From Calditrichia bacterium (GTDB lineage Bacteria; Calditrichota; Calditrichia; JAJRVZ01): a stretch of DNA of 64,000 nt. A program made the position numbers and the translations under genes. The DNA is taken from assembly GCA_963796965.1 (NCBI GenBank), contig CAWCNS010000005.1, positions 128,001 to 192,000 of the forward strand. Reading direction: 5' to 3'. Position 1 is the stretch's first letter, and the number at the start of each line of letters is the position of its first letter. This document shows, in pieces, positions 1 through 11,925 of this stretch. A model generated the notes under the pieces. The model did no database searches and had not been told where the DNA came from. It was given only the letters and a program-made list of their open reading frames with translations.

Positions 1-319
1 TATTGCCTTTATTTGCGGACTTGTCATCGCTCTAAACAGGGATTATCTCCTAAACCTTACCCTGTGGATTTTTATAGCAGCCTTGTTGTTGAATCTTGGA
101 GGATTGTCTTTAGGATATCTGACCGGGCGTGTTTTTGGTTTTGATAAATTAAAGAAAAGGGCCTTATCTATTGAGATTGGGATGCAGAATGCCGGTTTAG
201 GCAGTGTTTTGGCTTTAAAACATTTTAATGAAAAAACAGCCCTGCCGGCAATTATATTTGTCTTTATTTGTATCCTGACCGCCTCCATTCTTGTGCCCAT
301 TTGGTCCAAAACCAAATAG
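1..319 (+). CDS. Bile acid:sodium symporter (BASS) family transporter, C-terminal part (truncated by window edge)
   Basis: Hydrophobic ORF with the BASS motif 'ALSIEIGMQNAGLGSVLA'. Confidence 0.8.
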   Translation, partial: IAFICGLVIALNRDYLLNLTLWIFIAALLLNLGGLSLGYLTGRVFGFDKLKKRALSIEIGMQNAGLGSVLALKHFNEKTALPAIIFVFICILTASILVPIWSKTK

Positions 320-473
320 TTAAGTAGAATTTATTATTCATCGGAAGAGAGATACCCGATATTCGAATCTAGAAACGAGACGTGTGATGGAGGGGCGAAT
401 ATAGGTGCGGAATAAAATAATTGTCCGGGGAACAAAGCAACTCAAGTTCCCAAATCCTTTATGGATTGCCCAT

Positions 474-508
474 AAAAAAACCCCGCTTGAAATAAGCAGG
501 GTTTTTTT
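474..508. terminator. Bidirectional intrinsic terminator between the convergent BASS and fbaA genes
   Basis: A7-CCCCGCTT-gaaat-AAGCAGGG-T7: a hairpin with an A-tract on one side and a T-tract on the other. Confidence 0.7.
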
Positions 509-528
509 GTTTAACTCTTAAAAAAAAA

Positions 529-1600
529 TTATTCAATTGTATTCACATTATTCAGATCTTCGAATGCCTGGCGGGTGCGGGCAATCATGGATTCCTCACC
601 TTTACGCAACCAAACGCGTGGATCATATTTTTTCTTGTTTGGTTTGTCATCACCTTCAGGGTTACCGATCTGCCCCTGCAGATATCCTTTAAATTCTTCA
701 TAATATCCACGGATACCATCCCAGAAAGCCCATTGGGTATCAGTATCAATGTTCATTTTGACAACACCATAACCAATTGCTTCACGGATTTCTTCAAGAC
801 TGGATCCGGAGCCACCATGGAAAACAAAATCAACCGGTTTGTCAGCAGTATTGAATTTTTCTTTGATATATTTCTGAGAATTATCAAGAATTTTTGGGGT
901 AAGTTTAACATTCCCTGGTTTATAAACACCATGAACATTTCCGAAAGCTGCCGCAATGGTGAAACGGGGGCTAATTTTACTTAACTCTTCGTAAGCATAG
1001 GCCACTTCTTCAGGCTGGGTATATAGTTTTGAACTGTCGATATCGGTATTATCTACTCCGTCTTCCTCACCACCGGTAACACCCAAGTTCGATTTCAAGG
1101 GTCATATCCATTTTACTCATACGTTCAAGGTATTTTTTGCATGTAGCGATATTCTCTTCAAGTGGTTCTTCTGACAAGTCAAGCATATGTGAGCTAAAAA
1201 GAGGCTTACCGTTTTCTTTATAAAAATTTTCACTGGCATCCAGGAGGCCATCGATCCAGGGCAGTAATTTTCTTGCTGCGTGATCGGTATGGAGGATGAC
1301 ACGTGCACCGTACTTTTCAGCAAGCATGTGAATATGATGGGCCCCAGATACAGCGCCGGCAATAGCAGCCTGATGATTGTCATTGCTTAAACCTTTTCCG
1401 GCGTTAAAAATAGCGCCACCACTGGAAAATTGAATGATAACAGGTGAATTTAATGTTGCTGCAGCTTCCATAACAGCATTAATTGAATCAGATCCTACAA
1501 CATTGATAGCCGGTAAGGCATAATTATTTTCTTTCGCATGTTTGAAAACTTGCTGAACCTGATCACCGGTCAATACACCGGGTTTAATATTTAGTCCCAT
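529..1600 (-). CDS. fbaA: Class II fructose-bisphosphate aldolase (split by one indel near 1080)
   Basis: ORFs 1067..1600 and 529..1098 join; motifs HTDHAA, SSHMLDLSEE, ELGVTGGEEDGVDN, FGNVHGVYKPGNV, FHGGSGS, KMNIDTD. Confidence 0.95.
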
Positions 1601-1692
1601 TTTTAATCCTCTAAATTTATTGGGTTAACGATTTCGGGGAACTTATTTTAATGTCATGTGAAAAACTAAATGTTAATTCTATATACTTTATC

Positions 1693-1831
1693 TCTCGCAG
1701 AGCCGCAGAGCCTTAAAAAAGATGAAAACAGCTTGTTCGGATCCCCAAAAATCTGACTAATTCTATTTTTTAATCTTTAATCTTTTAATCTTTTGTCTTT
1801 TGTCTTTGTTTCTCTCTGCGTCTTTGCGAGA
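1693..1831. repeat. Imperfect inverted repeat (GCAGAG/CTCTGC type) enclosing a heptamer tract
   Basis: TCTCGCAGAGCCGCAGAG (1693-1710) is complementary to CTCTGCGTCTTTGCGAGA (1814-1831) at 16/18 positions; TTTAATC/TTTTGTC tandem units lie inside. Confidence 0.6.
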
Positions 1832-2007
1832 AATATGTATCCAACACTTTGTTAAACAAATCCCGCAATTATTTTTATGTGAATAACCAATTTACTAATT
1901 ATTTTTTCTATTTTCACCAATAAATTCTATTATTCTCTGTATTAAATCCTTTTGTATATTTAAGCAATCTGAATTAGTTTATTACCAAGCTCTGTTAAGG
2001 AGATCAA

Positions 2008-3412
2008 ATGCTACGAGAAATTTCGAAAGTACTCTTTTTTATAATCAACGTGTCATTTTTTGGCCTGGTTTATCCTTCTGAACAAATGAATATTGTATTA
2101 ATATTAGTTGATGATCTGGGGTGGTCCGATTTGGCGTGCTATGGCAGCGACTTTCATGAAACGCCCAATGTTGACCGGCTCGCCAGGCAGGGGATACATT
2201 TTACAGATGCCTACGCTGCTTCGTCTGTCTGTACGCCTTCACGGGCGGCATTGATGACCGGTGAACATCCCGCAAGGTTACATATGACCGTGTGGAGTGA
2301 AGCAGCAAAAAATCCTCCTCTCGATAAAAAAGTAATCCCGCCAATTACAGAGGAAAACCTGGCCCTGGAAAAGGAGACATTAGCTGAACGTCTTAAGGAG
2401 GCGGGATATACAACTATCCATATCGGTAAATGGCATCTTGGTAATGCCCGGCATTATGCCCAGGCACAGGGTTTTGATATTGGTATCGGTGGAACACACT
2501 GGGGTTGTCCTCAAACTTTTTTTTACCCTTATAAAGGGATGATGCATGGTGATTTTCGCTATGTACCCGGATTGGGATTAGGGCAGGAAGGAGATTATCT
2601 TCCCGACAAACTAACGGATGAAGCTGATTCGATTGATTGATGATTCGTCTAAAAAACCATTTTTTCTTTACATGTCCTATTATACCGTGCATACACCTAT
2701 TGAAGCACCTCCAAGCGAAGTAGCCTATTTTGCAAAAAAGGTCAAACCTTATATGAAACATACAAATGCAACATATGCTGCCATGGTAAAGAATATGGAT
2801 AAAAATGTGGGACGAATTTTAAAAAGTTTGGACACAAAGGGTCTTGCAGATAATACCATTGTCATCTTTGCCAGTGATAATGGCGGTTTTAGCATTCCCT
2901 GGCGACACTTTCCGGTAATCACCAATAATGCCCCTCTGCGCAGTGGGAAAGGATCCCTCTATGAAGGTGGGGTGCGCATTCCATTGATCATCCGCTGGCC
3001 TAATCTTACGGTTGCCGGATCCGTATCACACGAGCCGGTAGCGCTTATTGATCTGTATCCAACGTTAATTTCTGCCACCGGTCTTTCACCGACACCAGGA
3101 GCGAGCCGCCAGGATGCTATAAATTTACTCCCTGTTATAGAAAACGCTGATGCTTCGTTGTCCCGTGATGCACTTTATTGGCATTATCCTCATTATTACC
3201 CTACAACCACTCCGGTGAGTTCAATACGATCGGGCAACTGGAAACTACTGGAGTTTTTAGAAGACAATCGACTAGAACTTTATAATCTGAATGATGATCC
3301 CGGAGAGCAGGACAATCAGGCAAAATTAAATCCGGAAAAAACCGATGAACTGCGAAATAAACTGTTTACCTGGCGAATAAATGTAAATGCCCAAATGCCG
3401 ACAAAAAAATAG
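2008..3412 (+). CDS. Arylsulfatase-family (S1) sulfatase with signal peptide (split by indel near 2630)
   Basis: NIVLILVDDLG, formylglycine motif CTPSRAALMTG, GKWHLG, SDNGG, GKGSLYEGGVRIPLIIRWP, LYNLNDDPGE. Confidence 0.92.
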
Positions 3413-3479
3413 AAATTTACCCGTTGTATTGACTTAATGTTTTTTCATTGATCGTTGATTATTGATCATTGTTTCGGCA

Positions 3480-3537
3480 TTGACTTGTTATAAAAATCAC
3501 ATTAAATTTGAAACAAATCATTTCAACTGTTTCAAAT
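3480..3537 (+). promoter_or_regulatory. Putative sigma70 promoter with overlapping palindromic operator upstream of the sigma54 activator
   Basis: TTGACT(3480)-N17-TAAATT(3503); perfect inverted repeat ATTTGAAACA(3506-3515)-N12-TGTTTCAAAT(3528-3537). Confidence 0.5.
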
Positions 3538-3544
3538 AAAGGAA

Positions 3545-4892
3545 ATGAAACACATGGACGTTTCATACGAATTTACGCAGGATATTCTTGATTCATTGGC
3601 TGAGGGAATTTATACAGTTAATAAGGACTTCAGGATCATTAGTTTTAACCGGGCCGCTGAGCGTATTACGGGCTATAACCGCGAAGAAGTTCTGGGAAAA
3701 TTTTGCAAAAATATATTGAGTTCAGAACGTTGCTTACGAGATTGTCCTATTGCCCGCGTATTAGAAAGTGGTGATAATTTACAGGATGTTGAAAATACGC
3801 TTCTTACGAGGAACGGTAAGGAAATTCCAATTGTTATGAACAGTGCTGTTTTTAAAAATAGTAATTCGGTTCCTGTTGGTGGTGTCGTTTCCTTCCGGGA
3901 TATGTCTTATCTGGAGAATATTCAGAGTTCATTAATTAAACAGAGTCAATTTCATGGAATTATCGGACAATCCAAGTCCATGAGGGAGATTTATACCTTA
4001 ATCAAGGAGATAGCAGATACAAACTCCAGTGTCCTTATTTTAGGTGAATCAGGAACAGGAAAAGAATTGGTTGCAAATGCCATACAGGCTGAAAGCAGCC
4101 GGGCAAAAAAACCATTTATTAAAGTTAATTGCTCTGTCATTCCACCTCAACTATTATCAAGTGAATTATTCGGACATGTACGCGGAGCATTTACTGATGC
4201 GAAAGCAAACCGGATCGGAAGATTTGAAATGGCCGATGGCGGTACTATCTTTCTTGATGAAATTGCTGAGATGCCTTTGCAGATGCAGTTACAACTATTG
4301 CGTGTCTTACAGGAAGGCACATTTGAGAGGGTTGGCGAATCTATTACACGCAAAGTTGATGTGCGGGTTATTGCTGCTACAAATATTGAAATAGAATCGG
4401 CAATTGATCAAGGCAAATTTCGTGAAGATTTATATTACCGTCTCAATGTCATTCCCATTATTGTGCCGGCCATTGCGCGAGAGAAAAGAAGACATCTCTT
4501 ACCTGATACGTCATTTTATAAATAAATTTTGTCTTACATCCCAGAAAAAAATTACAGATATTGATGACGAAGCATTGGAATGTTTGATTACCTATCCCTG
4601 GCCCGGTAATATTCGTGAACTTGAGAATGCTATTGAATATGCCTTTGCGCGGTCAACATCAAATCTTATTCACCTGTCGAAACTTCCTCCAAATATTAAA
4701 AAGCAAAGAGGTCTGACAGAGGTAGGCAATGCATTAATTAGTGGTGATACACAGAAGGGCGAACTTTTACGATTGCTTCAAGAGTATCATTGGAATAAAT
4801 CTGTTGTTGCGAAAAGAATGGGAATAGGCAGAACCACCCTTTGGCGAAAAATGAAAGCAATGGGCTTGTACAGCAAGAATGATATGGAATAA
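3545..4892 (+). CDS. PAS-domain sigma54-dependent transcriptional activator (AAA+ and Fis HTH; indel near 4470)
   Basis: N-terminal PAS; GESGTGKE, SELFGHVRGAFTDA, FLDEI, RVIAATN, FREDLYYRL, WPGNIRELEN; HTH 'AKRMGIGRTTLWRKMK'. Confidence 0.92.
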
Positions 4893-4984
4893 GATCTCTG
4901 ATTATTTTTATTTCATTTGAGGCTGTAATTATTTAACTTACAAGATATTTTTAACGATTTTTCATTGACATGCACGGACAACAA

Positions 4985-5693
4985 TTGGATAAAATTGACT
5001 GCATTGCCTTTGGCCCACATCCAGATGATGTGGAGTCTTTTTTGTGGCGGAACATTATTAAAACTAAAATCTCTGGGTTATAGCACTGCCATTGTTGACC
5101 TCACACAAGGTGAATTAAGTACTAATGGAGATGTGGCAACCCGTCAGATGGAAGCAGAGCAGGCCGCGGCGATACTCCATTTAGACAAAAGGATAAACCT
5201 CTCCATACCTGATGGAATGATTACAGCAGACAAAGAAAACAGGACTAAAATTATAAAGACTATCCGCAAACACCGTCCTGATATTTGTCTGATTCCTTAT
5301 TGGAAAGATCGCCATCCTGATCACACGGATGCCTCCAGGTTGGTTCAACGTGCAATTTTTGAATCGGGATTGAGTAAAATTGGGGATCCAGAAGAAGCGT
5401 ATAGACCAAAGACAATCCTTTATTATATGATGCATGATAATTTTAGGCCGTCATTTGTCGTTGATATTTCAGACGAAATGCAAACTAAAAAGCTGGCAAT
5501 TATGGCCTATGAATCGCAGTTTTCTTCATTGAATTCGAGATCAAAACCAACCGCGATTAATCAGACGGAATTTCTGAAATTTCTTACTGATCGCTCCGCC
5601 TATCTCGGTTACCCGGTTGGAGCAGAATACGGTGAAGGTTTTTATTATAAAGGTGTGATTAAAATTGATAACCTTATGGAATTTTTTACGTAG
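4985..5693 (+). CDS. bshB1: Bacillithiol biosynthesis deacetylase BshB1 (PIG-L family); true N-terminus lies in another frame
   Basis: TTG at 4985 reads MDKIDCIAFGPHPDDVE, then an indel in a T-run joins FCGGTL...DLTQGELSTNG...DRHPDH...AYESQF...YGEGF. Confidence 0.8.
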
Positions 5694-5720
5694 CTGAGAG
5701 AGCAAAATTGATGAGAGGTT

Positions 5721-6179
5721 TTGATGAAATTTAAAATTACTGATGATAAAATCGCCGAAATTGAAAAAGTATTAGAAACAAAGATTACGAAACGGGGAGA
5801 TCAGTACCGCGCTGTTCTAGAGAGTCCGGAGCAAAACCGCAAGTTAACTCTGGAAATTTATCCCGAAATTCCGATAGGTGAAAGAAATGGTAATCTTATT
5901 TGTGTTTTTACGAATAGTGCCCATGCGCAACTGCATTTTTGCACAGGCTTTGTGGCAAGCGAAGTTTTGGGTGAAGTCGTTTTTATTGGCGAGCATAAGG
6001 GGCACCTGTCTGGCATTATAGTTGAAAAAGCAGCAGCATTTTCAAACTACAGCAATGTTGATGCTGCACTGCTTTCCAGCGATTTTACAAAACTTGGTCC
6101 GGAAGTTATGTTGTCTGGGGTTGCTCTTTCCATGGCTGAGCATTTATTGGAAGAGAATCCGGATCCAGATTCAAAATGA
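5721..6179 (+). CDS. Hypothetical protein, translationally coupled to xerD
   Basis: 152-aa ORF with upstream GAGAGG; its stop overlaps the xerD start (ATGA). Confidence 0.75.
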   Translation: MMKFKITDDKIAEIEKVLETKITKRGDQYRAVLESPEQNRKLTLEIYPEIPIGERNGNLICVFTNSAHAQLHFCTGFVASEVLGEVVFIGEHKGHLSGIIVEKAAAFSNYSNVDAALLSSDFTKLGPEVMLSGVALSMAEHLLEENPDPDSK

Positions 6180-7090
6180 CAGATCTTCTCACACAGTACT
6201 TAAGTTATTTAAAGTTCGAGAAGAATTTATCGGAAAACTCAATATCAGCTTATCGAAATGATTTAGAGCGTTATCTGCATTATCTACAAACCCAACGCAT
6301 CACAAGTCCAGAATATATTCAATCCAAACATATTCACAGGTTGTTGCAAGGATTGTCTGAATTAGGTTTATCTTCTACGTCTTTAGCCAGAAATTTATCA
6401 TCTATCCGCTCTTTTCATATGTTTCTAATAGGAGAAGACCTGATTAAAACAGATCCAAGTGAACACGTGGAGGGGCCTAAGCTTAGAAGATATTTGCCAT
6501 CTGTATTGACTTTTGATGAGATTGAAAATATTTGCAATGATATCTCTCTTGACTCACCATTAGGGATAAGAGACCGGGCAATGATAGAAGTTCTCTATGC
6601 TTGTGGATTGCGCATATCAGAATTATTATCACTTTTATTAAGAGAAATCTATTTTAATGAAGAATTTATCCGAATAATTGGGAAGGGATCAAAAGAAAGA
6701 TTAGTTCCAATCTCAAAAAGGGCATTATTCTGGATAAAAAAATATCTGGATGAGAGCCGACCCTTTCTTGATAAGCGCCAACGTTCGGATGGTACTGCTT
6801 TTTTAAGTATTCGCGGTACGTCGATGAGCCGTATGGGGTTCTGGAAAATTTTGAATAAGTACATAAAGAACAGTGGAATCAGAAAAGAGATACACCCGCA
6901 TACTTTTCGTCACTCGTTTGCTACTCACCTGCTTGAGGGTGGCGCCGATTTAAGGGCTGTACAGGAAATGTTGGGTCATTCTGATATTTCTACTACCCAG
7001 ATTTATACACATTTAGACAGGACGTATTTGCAACAGGAATATAAAGATTTTCATCCCAGGGCCGGTCATTCTAATTCCAAATCAGGTTAA
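6176..7090 (+). CDS. xerD: Site-specific tyrosine recombinase XerD
   Basis: RDRAMIEVLYACGLRISEL, GKGSKERLVP, HPHTFRHSFATHLLEGGADLRAVQEMLGHSDISTTQIYTH. Confidence 0.9.
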   Translation: MTDLLTQYLSYLKFEKNLSENSISAYRNDLERYLHYLQTQRITSPEYIQSKHIHRLLQGLSELGLSSTSLARNLSSIRSFHMFLIGEDLIKTDPSEHVEGPKLRRYLPSVLTFDEIENICNDISLDSPLGIRDRAMIEVLYACGLRISELLSLLLREIYFNEEFIRIIGKGSKERLVPISKRALFWIKKYLDESRPFLDKRQRSDGTAFLSIRGTSMSRMGFWKILNKYIKNSGIRKEIHPHTFRHSFATHLLEGGADLRAVQEMLGHSDISTTQIYTHLDRTYLQQEYKDFHPRAGHSNSKSG

Positions 7091-7168
7091 GGTGTGTGAG
7101 ATCGATAGTTGGATGAATTCAATAGGTTCGACAATATTATTTAATGAAGTGTTCTTAACAGGTATAAC

Positions 7169-9182
7169 ATGAAGATAAATTTTGACAGTCAGGTCTGTGG
7201 AAACTTTAATCTGGCATCCAACAAACAATGGATGGAAACAAACCTTCTCAATGGTTATTCTTCGTCAACAATTTATGGACTGAATAATCGTCGTTATCAT
7301 GGATTATTTGTTATACCTGTTGGAGATGATCAGCAGAAAATGATCATTCTCTCCAAATTTGAAGAATCCATCTTTATTGAAAATCAAGTTTATGAACTGT
7401 CGACAAATCAGTTTAGTGGTGGAATTTATCCCGAAGGCTTTAAGTACATCAGAAACTTCTCAATTGATCCTTTCCCCAAAGTCATGTATGAGATCGAAAA
7501 TTTACGAATCGAAAAAACCATTTTTTTATTACATGATCAGCATACCCTGGTAGTTCGTTATTCATACAAAGATCAGGGCCCACCATTCAATATCGTCCTG
7601 AAACCGATGATAGCCGGCAGAAAAATAAATGAACTTACCCATGAAATGGCAAGTATTAATACCGATAGTCTATGTTGAGTCCGGAGTCGTGAAGATAGCG
7701 CCTATTGACAGGGTACCTGAACTTAATATATATTTTCAAAAAGGTGAATTTCTGCCCGCGCCTCTCTGGTATCATAATTATATCTATGAGATGGATGCAA
7801 GGCGCAAACAGGGATATTCGAAGGGAAAAACAGAAGATCTTTATAATCCTGGTTTCTTCACCTGCACTTTAACTCCTTACGAGACATTTGATATGTACAT
7901 CAGCATTGATTCATTAAAAGATTTTGATTACGAAGCTATTTACAGAAGAGAAAAGGCTTACAGGATTGCCATCGATACGGGGATCCGCCAGTTATCTCTC
8001 CCGGTAAAAGACATATCAAAAAAACTTGAAATTCTAACTCGAAGAGAAGAAAAATCTTTACCTCTCCATATTACAGATTATCCCTTAGATCATAAATCGG
8101 CCGGTAAAGATCTTTTATCTCTTTTTGGTCTTTCTGTTTTAGATTTAAATAAACAGGACCTTCAAAGAACACTCCTGATTATTGCAGAATCTATACAAAA
8201 AAATATACAAGCAGAGAATTCTGGTGCAGGATATGACTTGCCAGAAGGGAAATATTACTATGCAGATCTCCCCCTGATATTTATTTACTTGTTGTACTAT
8301 TTGTATGATTTTAGAATTGATCAGTCATTTATTGAGAGTAATCTACTGGATGTCGTAAAAACAATTATTGAGAGCTATTCTAAAAGTTCACCAGAAACTA
8401 TTAATTTAGAAGAGAACGGTCTACTTAATACCGGTGATGAAGCCACGGTCTCGAGCTGGTTCCTGCCCCGGTCTGGTTCGAAGGATAACGTCCGTTATGG
8501 CTATCTAGTAGAAATTAATGCTCTCTGGTATAACGCTCTAAAAATATTGGAGTTTTTTCTAAGAAAGTTTGGAAAGAAAAGGCAAATAAAAAAATATGCC
8601 TCTCTGGCCGAATTAACCAGGAAATCATTTGCTGAGAAATTCTGGGGTACAAAACAACTACAGTATTTTGATTATGTGAATGATAAGACTAACGATGAAA
8701 CCTTCACAATTGCTCAGATCTTCCTAATTGCCCTTCCTTTTAGCCCATTGGAAACTGATAGAGGTTTATTCCTCTTAAAACAAATCGAAGAGCATTTACT
8801 TACACCCTATGGGTTGCGCAGTTTATCTCCAAATGCACCTCATTATAAAGGACGTTTATATTCGCTTAAACAAACATATGATCGCTCTTATTATAATGGA
8901 TCCATATGGCCATGGACGATTGGTATGTATGTTGATGCGGTGATAAACTTGCGGGGGGATAAAAGACATACCATAAATGGTCTTAGAACTATCCTCAAGC
9001 CATTAGAACAATTTTTTTATGATCAGGGCCTCGGGAATATTTCTGTATTTTTCGAAGGCGATCCACCACATAGACGAAACGGCCAGATTTGCTCGGCATT
9101 AAACCTTTCTGAATTATTACATGCCTTCTTTACGTTGCATCGGGCTGAAAAAGAAAGAGAAGGATTCTCGGAATATATTTAG
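7169..9182 (+). CDS. Amylo-alpha-1,6-glucosidase / glycogen-debranching-enzyme-like protein (GDE_N + GDE_C), catalytic motifs degenerate; indel near 7670
   Basis: GYSSSTIYGLNNRRYHGL, EDLYNPGFF, VEINALWYNAL, LLTPYGLRSLSP, YYNGSIWPW. Confidence 0.75.
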
Positions 9183-9221
9183 CGACTATTTTCGTCATTT
9201 CGTTTTCTTCACTACAATCAT

Positions 9222-10593
9222 TTATCCCTCATGTGTCTCATTATTAAGGGATGTCTCTCTTATACTCACCCACGCAGAATATCCTAATGCAATTCCTAAA
9301 GCATTTGTGGGTATTTCATATAAAAATGGTGTCTGGTGATAATTAACAATCTGAATTATTATTGGAAATATTGTTAAGAAGATCGCTATTACAAGGATTA
9401 GTTTCCCCTTCTTAGAACTAGTCAAGTATGATTCTAATTCCTGAAGCAAAATGCCTAAAGGAATGAAAAGTAATATATTCTGCAAGGAGTAAATAATCAA
9501 TTTTTGTATACCTGTAAATGGTATGATTGAATAGAAGGAGAGAAGAAAAAAAACTGATTTTTCAACGATGTCGGTTCGGCTAAAACTAAGTCGGAAAGGA
9601 TATGAAAATTTATAAATCACGAGTGTCATAAAGAACAATACTAGAATGATTAGGACAGCAATAAACTGTTGTCTCATGGGCATTGTTGATCTGCGATTTA
9701 TCCTTCCCCATGATTTCCGATAATGCAATGCCAATCAGAATTCCCGTGATACTAAAAATTATGGTCTGGTAAGAAGGAAAATCTCCATAAATGAATAATT
9801 TAAATATCTCTATAAGGGCAAACAGAGAAATTGCGATTAGAAAACTAAGAACATGAAGAAAGGCTTGTGATTTTATAAATATTGATCTTTTACTTAGCAC
9901 GTTTGTTGCGATACCCAGGGGAATAAAATAGAATAATACCTGCCAAATCCAGATCGGTTCAATGATAAACTGCCAGTTAAATATTTTGTCACCGATTTTT
10001 TCGGAGCGTAGGAAATAGACAGAAAGATCTTCAGACAGTATTAACCCGGCTATGAGAATTGGCAAAATTAAAATAATAGAAGGAAGTTTACGCAATTTTA
10101 TTCTTAATGACTGCATATGATCGGTGGAAAATATTTTCGGTAAAATATAGGCAATGATGGTCCCACTCAGGCAGCCTAAAGAGTTCATCATGATATCGAT
10201 ATAGGAAGTTGTCCTTTCTTTTATGAGCAATTGTAGAAATTCGATACTGATGCTAAGAATTATGCCAAAAAGTGTCACCAACCCTATGTCAATCAATGGG
10301 TTATGTGATCTGTCTGAGGATATACGCAGATTATAGAGAATGATACCTAAGGGTACAAAAAACAAGAAATTAGCAATAGCATCGATGTTCTTTGTTGTAT
10401 AAAAATACTTACCATATCTTTCTACCCACTCTATATTTCCCAGACCTTTTTCAATCAATTCTAATGAAAATGAAAAATCGAAAGGTAACAATGTCCCATA
10501 GATTATATAACAGATGTATAGAATTCCACCTATCATCCAGGTCGGGGAACTAAATCTCAACAAGATTCTCCTGAGTTGTAAAACTTCTGTCAA
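9222..10593 (-). CDS. Polytopic VanZ-family membrane protein with two VanZ-like repeats (indel near 9660)
   Basis: YGTLLPFDF, DAIANFLFFVPLG, IEFLQLLIKERTTSYIDIMMNSLG; second repeat NILLFIPLG. Confidence 0.7.
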
Positions 10594-10900
10594 TTACCCA
10601 ATCTTACATAATTTGAAAAATTTTCAGTTGATAAAGCGCACAATTTAAAAGAAAAAAGTAACTTTTTTCTATTTATGGGTATCTAAAGAGAAAAAGATTT
10701 CCTAAGGATATTGAATATATAGCAAATTATTAGTTCAAAGGTTGGACAAATTAGATTTGGTAAATAAAAATTTTAAGGAATACAATTAATTCATACTTGA
10801 ATAATAATGGGTTTGAACCAAAATAACAAATAAGAAGGAACAGGCTCTATTTATTTTATCGAAATTATAAAAGATTTATAGATTAATAGAAGGAGAAACT

Positions 10901-11437
10901 TTGAATTTAAATGACATCTACAACAGGGCCATGTCCTATGATCAATATGTTGATGATCTGGGAGACTATTTGAGTTTGCATAGTCTTCATTATAAAAAGT
11001 TTTCGGTTGAGTCAGAATTTGTATCAAAAATTCAGAAATATAAGCCAACAAAGATCCTGGTAATTACAGAGCCATGGTGCGGAGATTCGTTGGCTATCTT
11101 ACCGATCATAAAAAAAATTGCTGAGATAAATATGCACTGGGAAATAAAAGTGCTACGACGTGATACCAATATGGCGCTTATGGAAAATTTTTTAACAAAT
11201 GGCACAAAAGCAATACCTGTTTTTATTTTTCTAAATGATCAGGGAGAAATGTTATTTAAGTGGGGGCCTCGGCCGAAGGCAACAGCCCAAATATTTGAGA
11301 GTCACCGTGAACAGATCAGGCAGGGGGAGATAGAGAAACAGGAAGTAATTAAAAAAATTCGGACTTATTATGCGAAAGATAAAGGGCAGTCCTCATTTCT
11401 AGAATTATTTGAAGTGTTTAATCTGCATTTGAATTAA
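10901..11437 (+). CDS. Thioredoxin-fold protein (WCGD-type, CxxS)
   Basis: ITEPWCGDS, LTNGTKAIPVFIF, WGPRP. Confidence 0.85.
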   Translation: MNLNDIYNRAMSYDQYVDDLGDYLSLHSLHYKKFSVESEFVSKIQKYKPTKILVITEPWCGDSLAILPIIKKIAEINMHWEIKVLRRDTNMALMENFLTNGTKAIPVFIFLNDQGEMLFKWGPRPKATAQIFESHREQIRQGEIEKQEVIKKIRTYYAKDKGQSSFLELFEVFNLHLN

Positions 11438-11528
11438 TTTTTATTGCAAAAAGTTAAATATTCAGAAATAAAATGATGTTTAATAGAGTTAAATAAACTT
11501 AAATAATAAATAATGGAGTTATATATAT

Positions 11529-11852
11529 ATGATTTCTTTGACAGACAAAGCAGCAACAAAGGTGAGAGAGATACTTGGCAGCGAGGAAAAAGATGACCAT
11601 GCTCTTCGGCTTGGTGTTAAGGGTGGAGGATGTTCGGGATTCTCCTATACACTAAATCTTGATAAAATTTTTGGTGAAAGTGATCAGGTTTTTGAGGATA
11701 AGGGTATAAAAATTGTGGTTGATGCCAAGAGTTTTATCTATTTAACTGGTACCGAAATCGATTATGTGGAAAATCTTAGTGGTTCTGGGTTTGCTTTTGC
11801 CAATCCCAATGCGACCAGATCATGTGGATGTGGTAGTTCTTTTCAGGCATAG
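11529..11852 (+). CDS. HesB/IscA/ErpA-family Fe-S cluster carrier protein
   Basis: LRLGVKGGGCSGFSY and NPNATRSCGCGSSF. Confidence 0.93.
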   Translation: MISLTDKAATKVREILGSEEKDDHALRLGVKGGGCSGFSYTLNLDKIFGESDQVFEDKGIKIVVDAKSFIYLTGTEIDYVENLSGSGFAFANPNATRSCGCGSSFQA

Positions 11853-11894
11853 GTATAAATATATTTGAAGGTCGGGGAAACCTCCATGCAAAAG

Positions 11895-11925
11895 AAGCCT
11901 CAATATACCATTGGGGCTTTTTTTT
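11895..11925 (+). terminator. Intrinsic terminator after the IscA-family gene
   Basis: AAGCCTCAAT-atacc-ATTGGGGCTT followed by a T-tract. Confidence 0.7.

Noticed and set aside
6176..7090. Phage or ICE integrase marking an island
   Set aside because: The sequence is typical chromosomal XerD among housekeeping genes, with no att sites or cargo seen.
7125..7152. dif-like site downstream of xerD
   Set aside because: The left arm is only vaguely XerC-like and the right arm (TAATGAAGTGT) matches the conserved TTATGTTAAAT poorly.
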